From contig MU053934.1 in assembly GCA_013239625.1 (NCBI GenBank), forward strand, positions 7,647,352-7,711,351: a stretch of DNA of 64,000 nt, read 5' to 3'. The stretch is from Lama guanicoe (lineage: Eukaryota). This document shows positions 61,011 through 64,000 of this stretch, one piece after another. The notes below the pieces were generated by a model. It worked only from the letters and a program-made list of their open reading frames with translations, was not told where the DNA came from and ran no database searches. Numbering within the stretch: position 1 is the first letter of the stretch; every line of letters starts with the position of its first letter. A program made the translations under genes and the position numbers.

Positions 61011-62219
61011 CAGAATCACTAGGTCCAGAATATATAAGTCGGTGGACACCTTCTCAGACTGTTAACCAGTGAGACGTGAGCCTCTTCTGTGACTGAGCTG
61101 TTACATCACAAAGCCTGTTTGTTGCAATATCATAAAAGCAGAGGACAGTATGGTGGCCTGACTCAAATATAACCTTGGGTGGGAGTGGTCTCTTAAGCCA
61201 GACAGAACATCTGAGTTTCATAAAGGAAAAGTCTTTCTTCTCTCTTGAGGCATTAGCCTCAAAACACGGTCCTCCGGAGGTCACCGTCTCAGCAAATGAA
61301 AACTGTCCTTCTAGGAGCTCAGGCCTGGAGTCCTCTGTGACTTATCTCTCTATTGCCCACCTCCAACCACCCACAAATCACAGTGGCTCTGCCCTCAGTA
61401 TGTACATACCTGGAAGTAGACCGCTCCGGCCTCACCTCCTGGTCCAAGCCGCCATCATCTCCTGCACAGATTACTGCAACTGCCCCTGTGCTTCCACCTT
61501 CAGTCTTTTTAAAGTACATACACACATGTCTACGTGCACACAAGTATTAACACTTGTTCTCTGGATGGAGGGGTAGGCGGGGGCAGAGCCATAATCAAAA
61601 AGCCATAGTCATTTTCCTCTGAGGCTGACCTCTCTTAAGTGCACATCAGATCAAGCAAAACTCTCAAATGGCTTCAAACGTCGACCGGAGTAACAGGCAG
61701 GGTGTCACAATGGCCACCAGCCCGCCCATGACACGCTCTGACCTCACTTCTGTGACTCTCTTTCTTGCTCACTCTGCTCAGGCCTCCTGCTGTGCCTCAC
61801 ACACAGCAGACTCGTTCCTGCCTCAGGGCCTTTGCACTTGCTGCTCTCACACCACCCTCAGGGTTTTTATCACATTCCCGAGCCACAGTCTAAATTCCCT
61901 CTCCCTTTCCCTGCTTCCCTTCTGTCACACACACTGCTCTCTGATCCAACTTATGTTGACCCTAATTGTCTTCCTCATTCTAACAGAAAAGAAACGTCAA
62001 GGCAAGGGCTCTATTTTTATTTACTGCTGAATCTCCAAGTGCACAGAAGACCTAGTGCACAGTGGGACCTTGATATTTATTCAGAGAAAGAACGATAAAC
62101 AGACAACCACACAGCCAATCAAAAGAAAGAGGAGGCGGGTCCTTGTGCTTTGCTCAGGGCAGCCACCCTGGGTCTTCTGTTAAACAGCTCTGATCTTGTC
62201 ACGATGCAAAAAAAAAAAG

Positions 62220-62620
62220 AGAAATAAACATAAGATTCCACATTTTTCTTCTAACAAACTGGCAAATGTTTTAATTGACAGTATCAGTGCCAGAAGAAGT
62301 GGAACAAGGTATCTGGACATAGAAAGTACATATCCTCTGACTTGGTTTCTGCCTTTTTGAAGACTCTCTTTCAGGAAATAAACAAGATGAACTCATGGAA
62401 TTATGATCGTTACAGCATTATTTACCAAATTCATAAAATTTACAAAAAATTTAAAAATTGGTGAACGTGAGATGCCTACATTGTCTAAATTAGGAGAATG
62501 GTTAAATAAAACGTGGTAGTTCTGGAAGACGGGTTACAATGCAGCTATTTAGAATGCTTCAAGAAATGGTTTAATACCATGGTAAATGCTCACGATGTGC
62601 TCAGTGGGAAAGGACCACAA
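62220..62620 (+). mobile_element. Ancient L1ME-like 3' fragment
   Basis: acagcattatttac...aataggagaatggttaaataaaacgtggta...atggtaaatgctcacgatgtgctcagtgg. Confidence 0.55.
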
Positions 62621-64000
62621 AGTGGTCCAGATGCTCACACACAAGTACACACACACACACACACTAGCATCAGCACTTGTTCTCTGGATGAGGAGTAAGT
62701 GAGGGCAGAGGCGGGCAGAAGGCTGGGGCTCCCCAGCTGGGAGTCCTGCCTCCCCCGACGGTCAGGGTCCTGAGGTCGGGGGACAGGGATGGCCTGGTTG
62801 TGAGTGATGTGGAGGAGAGGCTGGTTTGGGAGCCCTGCTGAGCAGGACAGCCCTGGATGTGAATCTGCCCCCGCTCTCTGCCTGTGCAGAGGTCAGAGTG
62901 ACACCTAGGTCACACCGAACCCCGGGGTCCCAGGGGTGCGGCAGGTGAGCACTTGTGCCGGGCGTGTGACACACACGCACGAGATGCACTCACAGAGGAT
63001 GAACACTCAACGCATGTCTGTGATCACTGTATTGAGTCACCCACAGACACCCCTGGAACATCTGCCATGTGCCAGGCTCTTCTCTAGATGCTGGGGAGAC
63101 AGAGGTAAAAACTGGTCCTGAAATAATCTCCTGGGTGGGGCTGGTGTGGGTCTCCGGCGGGGAGGGAGAGGAGGGCCAGTCTCACAGGTGAGCAGAGACC
63201 AGAACGGGTTGTGTGCACCATGTCCCTGACACAACTGATGGGAGGAAGCCCCTGATCCAGGAGTGAAGGAGGCACAGGTACAAATCACTGAGACCCGGGT
63301 GTCGGAGGCACTTACCCGATGAGCGGTGTGAAGGTCGGGAGAACCATGCTGGTCCCACTCCGGGGGACCTGCCTGCACACCCCACGCTTTTCTCAGCTTC
63401 CCCAGAGCCACAGCGGAAGCCAGGCTGCGGGCACAGAGAGTGAGGGTGACTATGACCAGGCACAAAGGTGGTTTCGCTGCCTGATGGAGATATCTTTTTG
63501 CTGCTTGCAAAGATAATTATTGTGTTCACTGTAGAAAACTTAGAAACTACAAAAACGGCACAAATTGGAAACAAGGATCACTGATAACTCTGCCCCTAGA
63601 GGGACCACTGCCATCTCCTCGGTGCGCAAGGGACCAGCCATTGACCGGAAAGTCTCCAGGCCCCGGGGGACGCAGCCACACCACCCTCTGCCCAGTGATC
63701 CCCAGAGAACCACTGGCCTCTGGAGGGCAGGGCCTCCTGGCTCTTCCATCAGGAGCATTTGGGCTCGAGGCTGTTGGGCGCCCACATTCTGGTTCACAGA
63801 ACCGCTCAGCCACCGCCAGCCTCGCTCCGAGTGACTGGAGACGCCGGGGAAGAACAGATGGCTCCGGGTCTGGCGCTTTGTGTCCCTGGCACTTCTCACG
63901 TGATCATGATATCTGAATGGGGAAAAATAGTGCTTTTTTTGTAACTAGAAGAAATGCTTCTCCTAATCAGAAAAGACACCACTATCTTCAGATGCAAATG

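Noticed and set aside
1..64000. A novel prokaryote-style system (operon, CRISPR array, defence island) or the hundreds of 60-260 aa ORFs in the track
   Set aside because: The DNA is intron-rich mammalian sequence. There is no repeat-spacer array and no long ORF. The ORFs overlap in all frames, as expected by chance in GC-rich DNA, and only those covering spliced exons or L1 remnants give recognisable peptides.

Overview
This is GC-rich mammalian genomic DNA, not microbial. It is probably camelid, judging from a tRNA-derived SINE and young L1 3' ends; that assignment is from recall of repeat families, not a search. Two genes converge tail-to-tail. On the + strand are the last four coding exons and 3' UTR of MPPED1, a metallophosphoesterase (14103-14328, 29808-29923, 32487-32600, 34506-34624; poly(A) signals near 36.7-36.9 kb). 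On the - strand are the last six coding exons of EFCAB6, an EF-hand protein (57387-57614 down to 42735-42857; poly(A) signals near 42.46-42.52 kb). All ten exons have AG/GT boundaries and join in frame by hand translation. The rest is intron or intergenic DNA with L1, L2, MIR, MaLR LTRs, hAT MITEs (MER53, MER58, MER96-like) and simple repeats. Almost all ORFs in the supplied track are chance or repeat-derived. I see no evidence of a novel multi-gene system. The best leads are: a 42-nt, stop-free, frame-preserving candidate exon (7880-7921) beside an intronic CpG island of MPPED1; an RFX/homeobox enhancer-like block near 26.1-26.4 kb; a 43-bp L1 insertion with a perfect 16-bp TSD; and a palindrome plus tandem-motif block in an EFCAB6 intron.
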